Origin: Spirochaetia bacterium
Lineage (GTDB): Bacteria; Spirochaetota; Spirochaetia; SZUA-6; Bin103
Reading direction: 5' to 3'
NCBI GenBank assembly: GCA_965208575.1
Contig: CBDBOV010000005.1
Span: forward strand, 960,001-1,024,000
Length of the DNA: 64,000 bases
Shown: piece after piece, positions 47,388-57,521 of the stretch
Layout: each line of letters begins with the position of its first letter
Numbering within the stretch: position 1 is the stretch's first letter
Program-made: the position numbers and the translations under genes
The notes under the pieces: generated by a model
The model's database searches: none
What the model saw: the letters and a program-made list of their open reading frames with translations, nothing else
Told to the model about the DNA's origin: nothing

Positions 47388-49355
47388 CTACTCCTTGAAG
47401 AAAAGCTGCTCGCCCGGGATATTGAGGCCGATCGAGCCGCCGATTCCCGTGTAGAACTCTCGCGGTACGTTGCCGAGTCGCTTGTTGGCGATGTAGACCC
47501 CCGGGGCCATGCCAACGGCGCCGATATGCATCAGGTGCTCTGCGTGCCAGTCGTAGATCTTCTGCGACAGTTCCCGATACTCCGGCGAACCGAGCTTGGT
47601 TCTGATCCTGGCTTCCCCGTACTCGAACAGTTCTTTCACGAATTCGGGCGGCTCCTCGCCGGGAAGTTCGCCGCCGTAGTCGGCCAGGGTACTCGAACCA
47701 TCCTTGATCTTGACGTCGGCTATCAGCCACGCCTGCCACAACGGGCCCCACCCGCGGGCCGCGGTCCACGACTCGCGCTCAACCATGAACGAGCGCACCT
47801 CTTTCGACTGTTCGGCGTGGAACGCGATCTCGTGCTCGGGATCCTGCATGCGCTCCCAGAAGTAGCCCGATTCCCACGACTTCAGCAGCACCTTGATCCC
47901 GACGTTCTCCCAGTACTCCTTGACCAGCTCCAGCGGTGCGGTCGGATCCCCGGCCTCGCCGCCGACGCCATATTCCACCGCCAACTCGAAGGTCTTGCCG
48001 TCGGCGCCGACGCGAAAGCCCTGGTTGTCCCGCTCGCTCAGGCCCACCGCATCGAGCAACTCGTTGGCGCGGTCGGGATCGAAGTCGGCGTATGCCTCGC
48101 CCCACTCCGGCTTGTAGTAGGTGGCACTCGGCAGGATCGTGAACTGCCTCGGCACGGCGAGGCCGAAGAACAGGACGTTGTTCAGGTCGTCCCGGTCGAT
48201 CGCCAGCGAAATGGCCTGGCGAAACCGCACGTCCCGGTAGATGCCTCCCTTCACCGGGTCGGGATGGTTCTGGTTGACGCGGAAGCCCACGTCCGCGCCC
48301 TTGTTGCCGGGCAGCAGCACCACGTTGTAGCCGCCGGCATCCTCGCCCTGCTTGTAGAGCGAGAAGTTCTCGAACGCCGTATTGACGAATGCCACGTCCG
48401 ATTCACCGGCAATGATCTTCAGGTGGTAGGTCTCCGAATCGACGATGTCGGTCACGATCCGGTCGACGTAGGGGAGCTGTTGGCCCTCGGCATCCACCTT
48501 CCAGTAGTACGGGTTGCGGTCGTGCACCTTGTTGGTGGTGTCGGAGTGGGTCAGCACCCACGGCTGCATGGTGGGAAAGTTCATGTCCTGGCGCGGATTC
48601 CACCAGAAGTGGTGGCGGAACGCGTCGACCCAGGTGTCGAAGCCCTCCTCCTTGGCCAGCGCGTTGGCATCCTCGTTGTAGCGGATGTGCCACTTCTGCA
48701 GGTAGTGCTTGGGATAGTAGGAGTGCCAGTCGCCGCCGGCCGGCTCCGCCATCTTCAGGGTGAGGACCGGGTAGGGTACGTCGGTCTCCAATCGCACGGT
48801 GTAGTCGTCGACCTTGATCGCCCGCCGCGCCTGCGGCAACCACATCCAGGTCTCGATCTCCTCGTGCCAGTGCATGTCCTCATACATGAAGATGACGTCG
48901 TCGGCCGTGAACGGTGCACCGTCCGACCACCTGGCCCCTTCGCGCAGGAAGATGGTGATGCTCTTGTCGTCCGCGGCCTGCTCGAACCCCTTGGCGAGAT
49001 TTCCCTCGACCTCCAGGCGGTCGAATCGGAAGCGCCCCAGGTAGCTGCCGCGCTCGGTCTCCTCCTGCAGGTCGCCCCACGGAGCATTGTTGGTGGCGTG
49101 CACGTACAGCGTACCGCCGTACCGGCCCACCGACTCGATCGGCTCCAGCAGGGCCGGCTCCACGGGCAGCCGCTCATCCACCGGCGGCAACTCACCCTGG
49201 GCCACCAGCTCGGTCAGCATGGGCGCCTCCCGGTATTGGCCCATCGGCACCGCCATCTGTTCCGCGTCGCTCGATTCCTCCGTGGACGGGCTCGCCCACG
49301 CGGCCAGCGACGCGACCAATAAGAGCCCCGAAACGAAAGCGAATATCCTTGTCAC
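47388..49355 (-). CDS. ABC transporter substrate-binding protein, family 5
   Basis: GAGGAGGA RBS, signal peptide, EAPML..LPPVDERLP, LREGARWSDG, GQQLPYVD. Confidence 0.95.
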   Translation of the reverse strand: MTRIFAFVSGLLLVASLAAWASPSTEESSDAEQMAVPMGQYREAPMLTELVAQGELPPVDERLPVEPALLEPIESVGRYGGTLYVHATNNAPWGDLQEETERGSYLGRFRFDRLEVEGNLAKGFEQAADDKSITIFLREGARWSDGAPFTADDVIFMYEDMHWHEEIETWMWLPQARRAIKVDDYTVRLETDVPYPVLTLKMAEPAGGDWHSYYPKHYLQKWHIRYNEDANALAKEEGFDTWVDAFRHHFWWNPRQDMNFPTMQPWVLTHSDTTNKVHDRNPYYWKVDAEGQQLPYVDRIVTDIVDSETYHLKIIAGESDVAFVNTAFENFSLYKQGEDAGGYNVVLLPGNKGADVGFRVNQNHPDPVKGGIYRDVRFRQAISLAIDRDDLNNVLFFGLAVPRQFTILPSATYYKPEWGEAYADFDPDRANELLDAVGLSERDNQGFRVGADGKTFELAVEYGVGGEAGDPTAPLELVKEYWENVGIKVLLKSWESGYFWERMQDPEHEIAFHAEQSKEVRSFMVERESWTAARGWGPLWQAWLIADVKIKDGSSTLADYGGELPGEEPPEFVKELFEYGEARIRTKLGSPEYRELSQKIYDWHAEHLMHIGAVGMAPGVYIANKRLGNVPREFYTGIGGSIGLNIPGEQLFFKE

Positions 49356-49560
49356 AGTATTCCTCCTCGGCGCTGTCCGTCCCCGGTGGTTGCATCACCA
49401 GCCGGAGCAAGCGCCGGCAATTTCGTAGCCGAAACCCTATGTCAGGACCGGCGATTCGTCAATGTTTGCGAGTGGGGGAGCGGGCGCTCGGGTGAGGGGC
49501 GCGCAGCGGCGATGCGAAGCTGGCGCGGATGCTGCGCCCGGAACGCACAGTCCGTTAACG

Positions 49561-50703
49561 TCAACGCAGGCCGGAAGGCGCCAGTTCGCCGATCGAGCCT
49601 TCCAGCTTGCCCTGCTCTTCGTGGGCGGCGCGGCCCGCGGTCGGCGGCAGCGGCGTGTCGTACTGGTAGCCGGGTTCCTGCTGCTGCCGCTTCCAGGTGG
49701 CGAGCATCTCGCGCCAGGCGCCGATCAGGGTGCGCGGCTCCGGCATGTCGGCGGCGATGGCGCGCGCCAGCTTGCGGAGGTGGTAGCACGGCACGCCGGC
49801 GTACATGTGGTGCTCGGTGTGCCAGTTCATGCGCCAGTACAGGAAGGTCGAGACCGGGTCGAGCTTCATCGAGCGGGTCGACTTGCGGAAGTCGGGCACG
49901 TTGTCGCGCAGGCCGCAGTGCTGCGGCAGGCCGACGAAGTAGGTAAGCCAGTTGGCGATGAACGGTGCCGCCGAGATCACCAGCGGCAGCACCCACAGCC
50001 CGCTGGCGATCCCGACCACCAGCACGGTTCCGTGGAACAGGAGCTGCGCCCGCGACCACCACATCGACTTCCACGCCTGCGCCGGCTGGTCGAGGTGCAG
50101 CGCCTCGATCCACTGCCGGATCGGCGCCCTGGTCGAGCCGATCAGCCCGAACGCGCCGAGCGCGGTAATCGCCAGCGTCGACAGCAGTCCGCCCTTGGTG
50201 AAGTTGCGCCCCGGCTTGCTGAGCAGGTTGAGCGTGAACATCTGCAGCAGGAACGTGCGCCCCACCGACGGGTGCAGCGGCAGCAGGTTCTCCCGGTCAC
50301 CCTCAGGGTAAAGGGTGTAGCGGTGGTGGTAGGTGTGGCTGGTGCCGTAGTCGAACGGATCCCACCAGCTCAGCAGGCTGTAGAGGTACAGGAACACTTG
50401 GTTGAGACGCCTGGTGCGGAATACGGTACCGTGCGGCGCGACGCCGGTAAAGAAGCTCGCCACCGTGCCGTGCGCAAACAGTGCCAGCGCGAACCCCAGC
50501 CACAGGCCGCGCGTCCAGCACCACCACACCAGCGCTCCGGTGGCCACCGCCAGCGCCAGGTGCCCGCCCGCCTGCAGCCACCCCTGCAGGTCGCTGCGCT
50601 GCATCAGCCGCCGCAGCGTGGCCGGCTCGATCGGCGACCGGTACCACTTCACGCGCAGTTGGTCGCGAACCTCGGCCAGCGGCGGGTACTCGTCTGCTCC
50701 CAT
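49561..50703 (-). CDS. Fatty acid desaturase family protein; first His box appears deleted
   Basis: His boxes SHTYHH and WHTEHH are present. The expected first HxxxH reads only APHGTVF. Confidence 0.8.
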   Translation of the reverse strand: MGADEYPPLAEVRDQLRVKWYRSPIEPATLRRLMQRSDLQGWLQAGGHLALAVATGALVWWCWTRGLWLGFALALFAHGTVASFFTGVAPHGTVFRTRRLNQVFLYLYSLLSWWDPFDYGTSHTYHHRYTLYPEGDRENLLPLHPSVGRTFLLQMFTLNLLSKPGRNFTKGGLLSTLAITALGAFGLIGSTRAPIRQWIEALHLDQPAQAWKSMWWSRAQLLFHGTVLVVGIASGLWVLPLVISAAPFIANWLTYFVGLPQHCGLRDNVPDFRKSTRSMKLDPVSTFLYWRMNWHTEHHMYAGVPCYHLRKLARAIAADMPEPRTLIGAWREMLATWKRQQQEPGYQYDTPLPPTAGRAAHEEQGKLEGSIGELAPSGLR

Positions 50704-50761
50704 GCCTGCCCAAGGCTATTGCGCGCGCACGTGTCTTTCAACCCGGCCACCACGTTGTTCA

Positions 50762-50820
50762 CATTTTGGGTAGTATGATTCCGTTTTTTGACGCAAAAAG
50801 GAATCATCATGGACAAAATG
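50762..50820. promoter_or_regulatory. Long AT-rich imperfect palindrome upstream of the AAA ATPase
   Basis: CATTTTG..ATGATTCC.TTTTT..AAAAA.GGAATCAT..CAAAATG. Confidence 0.6.
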
Positions 50821-50844
50821 CCGGACGCTTGTTAGTGTCTGAAC

Positions 50845-52017
50845 GTGTTTAAGCGGTTCTACCGGCCTCCATCCGGGAGCTACTTCCTATTCGGTCCGCG
50901 CGGTACGGGGAAGTCCACGTGGTTGCGCGAACGCTATCCCGATGCGCTGTTCGTCGATCTCATAGACCCGGAGAACACGCGTTTCTATGATGCCCGGCCG
51001 GAACGGTTGCGCGACACCATCGCGGCAAGCCCCGACAAGCGGCTCGTCGTGATCGACGAGGTACAGCGAGTGCCGGAACTGCTGCAGGTGGTGCACCAGC
51101 TCATCGAACTCGACAAGCGCCTGCGCTTCGTGCTCACCGGCTCCAGTGCCCGCAAGCTGCGCCGCACCGGCGTGGACCTGCTCGCGGGGCGGGCGGCGCT
51201 CACCACCATGCATCCGTTCATGGGGGCCGAGTTGGGCGCCGGCTTCAGCCTGGACCGCGCGCTCCTGCAGGGGTTGATACCGTTGGTCGTCGATGCCGCC
51301 GAGCCGGATGTCGTGTTGCGGTCATACGCTGCTCTCTACGTGCGCGAGGAGGTACAGGCGGAGGGTCTGGTTCGGAACGTGGGCGCTTTCTCCCGCTTCC
51401 TGGAGGCGGTGAGCTTCAGTCATGCCGCGGTCCTGAACGTGTCCAACCTGGCTCGCGAGTGCCAGGTGGAACGCAAGGTTGCGGAGGGTTACGTGGACGT
51501 GCTGCGCGACCTGCTGCTGGCGTTCACGCTGCCGGTGTTCACGCGGCGGGCCCGGCGCCGCATGACGACCCATCCCAAGCTCTACCTGGTCGACGCCGGC
51601 CTGTTCCGTTCACTGCGGCAGACGGGACCGTTCGACCGGCCCGAAGAGCTTGCCGGCGCGGCACTGGAGGGGCTGGTCGCGCAGCACCTGCGCGCCTGGA
51701 TCGCCTACTCGAACCGCGACGACACCCTGAGCTTCTGGCGTACCCGGGCCGGTAACGAGGTGGATTTCGTCCTCTACGGCGAGAGCGGCCTGTTCGCCAT
51801 CGAGGTCAAGAGCAGCACCACCCTCCACCCACGAGACTTCAGCGGGCTCCGCGCGTTCGCCGAGGACTATCCGATCGCCACCCCCGTGCTGCTCTACCGC
51901 GGCCCGCGCCGCATCCAGGAGCGCGGCGTACTCTGTCTGCCGTGCGAACCGTTTCTCCGCACCCTCACCCCGACGCGCTCACTCCCGAAAATCCTCGCCT
52001 CCGTGCCCGAAGCATGA
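50845..52017 (+). CDS. AAA_14 ATPase with DUF4143 (COG1373-like, PD-(D/E)xK-like tail)
   Basis: GPRGTGKST, IDEVQR, LTGSSARKL, PKLYLVDAG, EVDFV..AIEVK. Confidence 0.92.
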   Translation: MFKRFYRPPSGSYFLFGPRGTGKSTWLRERYPDALFVDLIDPENTRFYDARPERLRDTIAASPDKRLVVIDEVQRVPELLQVVHQLIELDKRLRFVLTGSSARKLRRTGVDLLAGRAALTTMHPFMGAELGAGFSLDRALLQGLIPLVVDAAEPDVVLRSYAALYVREEVQAEGLVRNVGAFSRFLEAVSFSHAAVLNVSNLARECQVERKVAEGYVDVLRDLLLAFTLPVFTRRARRRMTTHPKLYLVDAGLFRSLRQTGPFDRPEELAGAALEGLVAQHLRAWIAYSNRDDTLSFWRTRAGNEVDFVLYGESGLFAIEVKSSTTLHPRDFSGLRAFAEDYPIATPVLLYRGPRRIQERGVLCLPCEPFLRTLTPTRSLPKILASVPEA

Positions 52018-52041
52018 TCGTGCGACAGGCTGAAAGGAGGA

Positions 52042-52776
52042 CTACTGCGGCCTGCTGCGCAACTCCTCGCGGCACTGCGTGACGCCGTTGCCGGTGACGT
52101 TGTAGGCGAACGTGTTCATGAGGCGGTCCTCGACGGAGCGGTTGGGCGCCGATCCGTGCACGATCAGGGCGTTGAAGAACACGCCGTCACCGGGGTCCAT
52201 CTCGACCGCCACGGCGTCGTCGCGTTCGCGATAGTGTCCCGGCAGATACACGCCGAACGTCTGCCGGCTGCGCTCGTGCTCCTGCAACCCCGTGCGGTGG
52301 CTGCCGGGAACGAAGCAGATGCATCCGTTCTCCAGGCCGCATCGCCGGATCGCCAGTTGGCAGTTCACCATCGCCGGGCGGTTGTCGTCCGTTTTCCAGT
52401 ACGCATAGTCCTGGTGCCACGGGATCGCGGTGCCGTCGCCGCCCGCCTTCGGCAGCAGCTTGCTGTGATACAGCGATATGTCCGGCCCGATCAGGTCCTC
52501 GACGATGTCGAGCATGGCATCGCAGCGCAGGATCCGATTCAGGGTGGCACTGACCACCTCGCTGTGCATCAACTGCTTGATCCGCGGCGGATGGTCCGGG
52601 TCGTCGAACTCCTCCCAGGCGATGCCGACACCGGCTGCCGGCTGCTGCGCCATCCGCTCGTGAATCCGGTCGACCTCCCGCTCGACCTCACCGATCCAGG
52701 ACAGCGGCACCAACCCCTTCCTGAGCAGGTAGCCATTGTCGTCGTAGAACTGCTTCTCCCGCGTGGTAAGCGACAT
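52042..52776 (-). CDS. Phytanoyl-CoA dioxygenase family (Fe/2OG) protein
   Basis: FYDDNGYL, PWHQD, VPGSH, HGSAPNRS..R. Start placed at ATG 52776. Confidence 0.93.
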   Translation of the reverse strand: MSLTTREKQFYDDNGYLLRKGLVPLSWIGEVEREVDRIHERMAQQPAAGVGIAWEEFDDPDHPPRIKQLMHSEVVSATLNRILRCDAMLDIVEDLIGPDISLYHSKLLPKAGGDGTAIPWHQDYAYWKTDDNRPAMVNCQLAIRRCGLENGCICFVPGSHRTGLQEHERSRQTFGVYLPGHYRERDDAVAVEMDPGDGVFFNALIVHGSAPNRSVEDRLMNTFAYNVTGNGVTQCREELRSRPQ

Positions 52777-52916
52777 GAGTTTCGGGAGTCTACGCCCCGG
52801 CGCCGCCCATGGGCAAGGAACAACGCCCTCTGGCCCGCCGGCGGCGGTGACTCTGCCATCCGAAGGACAATGCTTACCCCCTAAGCATCGCCAGGGCTCG
52901 ATGATATACTGTTCGC

Positions 52917-53372
52917 GTGGAGTTGCCGAAGGACATTCGCGAGCGCTACCGCGCGTTCGGGCGCGCCGGTGGCGGTGCGCGTGCCCGCAACCTCGACCCC
53001 TGCCGCCGAACGGAGATTGCGCGCCGCGCTGCAACGGCGCGCTGGGTACGTACGCGATTCGGAGCGACGCGATTCGTCGATCTTGGGCTGCCGGGCGGCG
53101 ACGTGGTCGACGAGGGGCTGGCCGACCTGGCGTCCGGCCGCACGAGCGCGGCGAGCCTATTGGTGTCGCTGGCGGCGCCACGGCTTCGCAGGGAGGGCGT
53201 TCCGGTAACCAACACGCAGCCCGACCCGGAGTTGCGGCTGTACCGGCTGCTCTCATCCACCGCGGGCGAACTGGGATACGCCCGCTACAATGCCCATCTG
53301 CGCTTGATCGTGTCATTCGCCGATGCGTGTTCCATCGCGAGATTGGCGACAGCCGGGGAGCCGCGTTCGTAG
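52917..53372 (+). CDS. Hypothetical protein, putative antitoxin partner
   Basis: GRAGG.ARARNL...RR.EIARRAA.ARW N-terminus. Upstream palindrome ATGCTTA-N5-TAAGCAT at 52870-52888. Confidence 0.7.
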   Translation: MELPKDIRERYRAFGRAGGGARARNLDPCRRTEIARRAATARWVRTRFGATRFVDLGLPGGDVVDEGLADLASGRTSAASLLVSLAAPRLRREGVPVTNTQPDPELRLYRLLSSTAGELGYARYNAHLRLIVSFADACSIARLATAGEPRS

Positions 53373-53376
53373 CACG

Positions 53377-53913
53377 ATGCGGGAGAACGTTACCCGCGAA
53401 CGCCTGCTGGCGTTCATGAAACGCCTCGCCGAGTCCGCACCGCGCGGCAGGCGCTTTCGGGTATTCCTCGTGGGCGGCGGCACGGCGGTGGCGCAGGGAT
53501 GGCGAGCATCGACCATCGACGTGGACCTGTACGCCGACGACGAGGCGGTGTTCCTCGACATTCAGCGCATCAAGGAGTCGCAGCAGATAAACGTGGAGTT
53601 TGCGCGGCCCGAGCACTTCGTCCCGCCACTCGCCGGTGCCGCCGGCCGCCACCTCTTCATCGCCACGTTCGGCGGGGTCAGCTTCTTCCACTACGACCCT
53701 TACTCGCAACTGCTCTCCAAGGTCGCGCGCGGCTTCCGGCGTGACCTGGAAGACGCCCGCCACTTCATCGCCGCCGGCCTCGTCGACGTGGCCCGCTTCC
53801 AGAAACTCGCGGACGCTATTCCGGAGTCGGCCTTTGCCAGGTATCCCGCACTCTCACGCCACGCGGTGCTCGACGCCGTGACCGCATTCCTCGACTCCGT
53901 CGGACGGGAGTGA
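53377..53913 (+). CDS. DUF6036-like nucleotidyltransferase
   Basis: FLVGGGTAV..GWRASTIDVDL and LSKVARGFRRDLED. Confidence 0.82.
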   Translation: MRENVTRERLLAFMKRLAESAPRGRRFRVFLVGGGTAVAQGWRASTIDVDLYADDEAVFLDIQRIKESQQINVEFARPEHFVPPLAGAAGRHLFIATFGGVSFFHYDPYSQLLSKVARGFRRDLEDARHFIAAGLVDVARFQKLADAIPESAFARYPALSRHAVLDAVTAFLDSVGRE

Positions 53914-53945
53914 ACCAGTGACGTTCTCGCCCGAAGCAGCTTGGC

Positions 53946-54509
53946 TTACCCGTCAAATGTGGCCTTGGCGGCAGCGAGATCGAACTGATCCGGTCTCCAG
54001 GAGTCGATCCAGCCCGGCTGTTCGTCCGGTTTCAATCCCCAGGGATCGTTGCCGGTATCGAGCCTCTCTACCAGCCGCCAGTATCCGTAGACTCCGCCAC
54101 AGTCTTCCGGCGGCGCGGCGCGGCTGCCATCGACAAGGCGGCGCCGGAATCTATCCTCGGTCGCCACTCGCCGCCGCAGCTTCACGGCATGAACCCAGTT
54201 GTCCCCGAAGTCGTAAGTATAGCGGCACGTCATCGACACGCGCCGGAAGTGCTGCGTGAGCTTCACCGACGATGCATCGGGAATGTCGTCGCTGTCGTAA
54301 CCCAGCATGAATGCGCTGGGGCCGGCGAGGGTTCGTCGATCCCGACCGCTCGTGCGGAACAACCACATGTGGTCACGGTCCCAGTCGAAACTGTCCTGAA
54401 TCGCCTCGTGCAGATCGTCAAAGGTGTCGTTCGCGCCGAGTTGGAAGCGCCGCCAGATGCGTGGATCGATATCCAGCAGGGAGACCTCGAACTCAAGGTA
54501 CGTATGCAT
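53946..54509 (-). CDS. Plasmid pRiA4b ORF-3 family protein
   Basis: PRIWRRF, LHEAIQ..F.W..DH, YTYDFGDNW.H, PPEDCGGV.GY. Confidence 0.92.
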   Translation of the reverse strand: MHTYLEFEVSLLDIDPRIWRRFQLGANDTFDDLHEAIQDSFDWDRDHMWLFRTSGRDRRTLAGPSAFMLGYDSDDIPDASSVKLTQHFRRVSMTCRYTYDFGDNWVHAVKLRRRVATEDRFRRRLVDGSRAAPPEDCGGVYGYWRLVERLDTGNDPWGLKPDEQPGWIDSWRPDQFDLAAAKATFDG

Positions 54510-54575
54510 GGCCGCCAGCATATCCGACAGCGACGGCTCCGCGCAGGCTCCCGGCTTCTGTAGGGACGCACGCGT

Positions 54576-55802
54576 TCATGAGTGAACCGTGCGGCTCATA
54601 TTCCGCTTGCGGCGCGCTGGGACGTGCTTTTCGAGCATCGGCATCTGTCGTTTCATGAAGCTGTCGAACCAAGGCACGGTGAACGCCGTCTCGCCGCGGC
54701 GTTGGCTCCAGACCATGCCCTTGTTCACCAGTTGTTGCCGCACCGTTGCAACTGACGCTGCGCCCACGCCCAGAGTGGCGGCGATCTGTCCGGTCTTGTG
54801 TGGTCCGGGCCCGAGTTCGGCCATGGCGCGCAGGTACTTCTGCTGCAGTACGGTCAGTCGGTCGAAGCGCACGCGAAAGAAGTTGGCATCGAGGTGGGCG
54901 ATCACATCGGGCGTCGCATCCGCTACTACTTCTGGCGAGATCGGACTTGACGGCGCGCGATTCCACACCTGGAATCCCCACTCCTGGATGAAGTAAGGGT
55001 AGTTCTGGGTCGCCTGCAGGATTGCATCGACGGCGTCGTCATCGAACGAGACTCCTTCGTTCTTTGCTGGTATCGCGATGGCTGCGCGCGCCGCATCGGA
55101 ATCCAGCGGCCCGACTTCCGGATAATCGAACAGCCGCTCTGCGTAGGACTTGGCCTTGCCGGCAAGTGCGGCGACTTGCGGTAGTCCGGCACCGACGAAC
55201 AGAAGCGGGAGGTTGCGTTGAGCAATCTCATGACAGGCCACCACAACGGCGGCGAGTTCGACGGACGAGAGATATTGAATCTCATCCAGGAACAAGCCTA
55301 CCGCCGAACGCCGCTCGGCGGCGGCCTCCGCCACGGCTATCAACAGGGGCGGCAGGTCCTGCTCGAGGTTCCCGCTGTCACCCTCGCCGGGCGCCGGCTC
55401 GACGCTGAATTCGATGTCCCCGATCTTGACCTTGAACGCGTTGGCGAACCCGCGCAGTACGTTCACCGCCCTTCGCAGATGCCTTCCACCGGACTGGCGA
55501 ACATCGAGGGCGTAGAGGATGCGCCGCAACTCGGGCGCCAGCAGGTCGGGCAGCACGCTCCCTTCAGGTGCCTCGACCTTGGCTGTCTGGAATCCCTTGT
55601 CATCCGCGAACGCGCGCAGTCGATTGAGCAGGACGGTCTTGCCAACGCCGCGCAAGCCCAGCAGGATGAGGCCCCTGGTAGGGCGGCGCCGGAGGACGCG
55701 GTCCATGTCAATGGTTACGTCTTCGATCAGCCGGTCGCGGCCTGCCAGTACCGGTGGCTGCAATCCGGCGCCTGGAGCGTACGGGTTATTGCGACGGTCC
55801 AT
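54576..55802 (-). CDS. AAA_16-like ATPase with C-terminal HTH
   Basis: NPYAPGAG..P..LAGR, GLRGVGKT, LDEIQ, YPYFIQ. Confidence 0.9.
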   Translation of the reverse strand: MDRRNNPYAPGAGLQPPVLAGRDRLIEDVTIDMDRVLRRRPTRGLILLGLRGVGKTVLLNRLRAFADDKGFQTAKVEAPEGSVLPDLLAPELRRILYALDVRQSGGRHLRRAVNVLRGFANAFKVKIGDIEFSVEPAPGEGDSGNLEQDLPPLLIAVAEAAAERRSAVGLFLDEIQYLSSVELAAVVVACHEIAQRNLPLLFVGAGLPQVAALAGKAKSYAERLFDYPEVGPLDSDAARAAIAIPAKNEGVSFDDDAVDAILQATQNYPYFIQEWGFQVWNRAPSSPISPEVVADATPDVIAHLDANFFRVRFDRLTVLQQKYLRAMAELGPGPHKTGQIAATLGVGAASVATVRQQLVNKGMVWSQRRGETAFTVPWFDSFMKRQMPMLEKHVPARRKRNMSRTVHS

Positions 55803-55829
55803 CAATGACCTCGGTCGGTCGCGGGTAGA

Positions 55830-55884
55830 TTACTCAATTTAATTAGTTTAATGCGTACCTCATTAAAGACAATAAATCAAGTAA
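55830..55884. promoter_or_regulatory. AT-rich palindrome upstream of the AAA ATPase
   Basis: TTACT..TTTAATG-N7-CATTAAA..AGTAA. Confidence 0.55.
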
Positions 55885-56083
55885 TAAACCGGATAGCGTC
55901 GGCACTATGGGCCGATGAGTTGGAGGCTGGGAGCCAGCCGCGCCAGGGGGTGATGGGGGCGGGCCCCTGGACGGCGAGGCGGTATTCGTTGGTGGACAGG
56001 GTGCCGGTCGGGGCGGACAGTTCGACGGTGATGCGGTAGCGGGCGCCGGGGGTCGGCGGGATGGTCCAGGCTACCTCGGCGAC

Positions 56084-57521
56084 GGGTGCGAACGCCGAAA
56101 GCGGTAGCAAATCATTGACTCTGAGGCGGAAAAAAGGTCTACCTACCCCACGACACCACACCATGGGGAGGTAGACCATGAATACGGAAGGACTTATAAC
56201 GGCCGCCGAGGGCCTTGTCAAGGAGTTGCAAGGGCGCATCAACGGCGGCCGGATGGATCTCCAGGAGGCGGAAGCCAAGATCCTTGAGATGGTGAACTGG
56301 ATCGGCGACGAGATGGTGCAGGAAGTGGTAGCCGGACTCGCGGAGCCGACATCCGCCAACCAGATCACGGTTGGCGGTGAGGTGGCAGTGTTCGAGCGGG
56401 TGCGTAACCTGCGGTTCATCAACCGCTTCGGCGAAGAAGTGGTGCACCCGCGGCGCTGCTACCGGTACCGGCACCGGAGCGGAGGCGTGGCGCCGCTGGA
56501 TGTGAAGCTGGGGATCGACGGGTGCTTCGGATTCTCACCGCTGATGACGTACCTGATCTGCATGCTGGGCGCGGATGAGTCGTATGCCGGTGCAGCGGCA
56601 AAACTGGAGGCGATGCTCGGGTTCAAGGTGAGCTCGACGGCGGTGCAGCGCACTACCGAGAAGACGGGAGAGCGGATACCCGATACCCCCGACGATCTAA
56701 TTGATGAGCAGCGTCAGCGGCAGCCATGTTCCCTGATGGTGGTCGAGGTAGACGGAACGACGAGCCCGCAGATCACGGAGCAGGAAGGGATTACTGGTCT
56801 TGCCAGCCTCCGGGCGCCGACCTGTTACAAGGAGTGCAACCTGATAGTCATCGAGAAGCACGATGATGGCAAGGTGATCGACCGCTGGACCGGAGGACGC
56901 TATGGACCACGCGGTGAGTTTGCCGGCTACGCCGAGCAGGCTGGACTGCGAATGGGCTTCCTGGACGCTCCACGAACGCTGTTCCTCGGTGATGGTGCAC
57001 ACCACAACTGGGAACTGCAGCAGACCCACTTCCCCGGCGCGATACCGATCCTGGACTACTACCACGCGGCTGAGCACCTCGCCGATTACTGCAAGCTGCT
57101 GTCTGCTACGCTACGCGATGCCGTCGAGCGCAGCTTGTCCACGATGATGTGGGAAGGCGAGGTGCTGCAGATGATCCACGAGATGAAGCGTTCACTGTCG
57201 AAGGTCACCGATACTGACGAAGCGTGGAAGCAGATCAACTACTTCACGAACAACCAGGACCGTATGGACTATGCCCGTTACCGCGATCTCGGGTGGCCGA
57301 TCGGCAGTGGCTTGGTCGAAGGGCAGTGCAAATTGGTTGTCGGTCGACGCTTCAAGGGCAACGGGATGAGATGGCGACCGCACGACAACCGCTGCGTGCT
57401 ACGCACCCGTCTGGCTCTGCTCAACGGCGACCTCAAGCGCTATTTCAGTCCTCCTGACGACTGCGAGATCAAAGCGGCCTGATCGTGTCAACCCCTGTTA
57501 CCGCTTTTGGCATTGGCACCC
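56084..57521 (+). mobile_element. IS element, ISKra4/ISLre2-like
   Basis: 26-bp TIRs GGGTGC..AAAGCGGTA.CA (22/26 match). 8-bp TSD TCGGCGAC at 56076-56083 and 57522-57529. Confidence 0.92.
56178..57482 (+). CDS. ISKra4/ISLre2-like transposase
   Basis: EVDGT, GDGAHHNW, LDYYHA, RMDY, PIGSGLVEG. Confidence 0.93.
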   Translation: MNTEGLITAAEGLVKELQGRINGGRMDLQEAEAKILEMVNWIGDEMVQEVVAGLAEPTSANQITVGGEVAVFERVRNLRFINRFGEEVVHPRRCYRYRHRSGGVAPLDVKLGIDGCFGFSPLMTYLICMLGADESYAGAAAKLEAMLGFKVSSTAVQRTTEKTGERIPDTPDDLIDEQRQRQPCSLMVVEVDGTTSPQITEQEGITGLASLRAPTCYKECNLIVIEKHDDGKVIDRWTGGRYGPRGEFAGYAEQAGLRMGFLDAPRTLFLGDGAHHNWELQQTHFPGAIPILDYYHAAEHLADYCKLLSATLRDAVERSLSTMMWEGEVLQMIHEMKRSLSKVTDTDEAWKQINYFTNNQDRMDYARYRDLGWPIGSGLVEGQCKLVVGRRFKGNGMRWRPHDNRCVLRTRLALLNGDLKRYFSPPDDCEIKAA

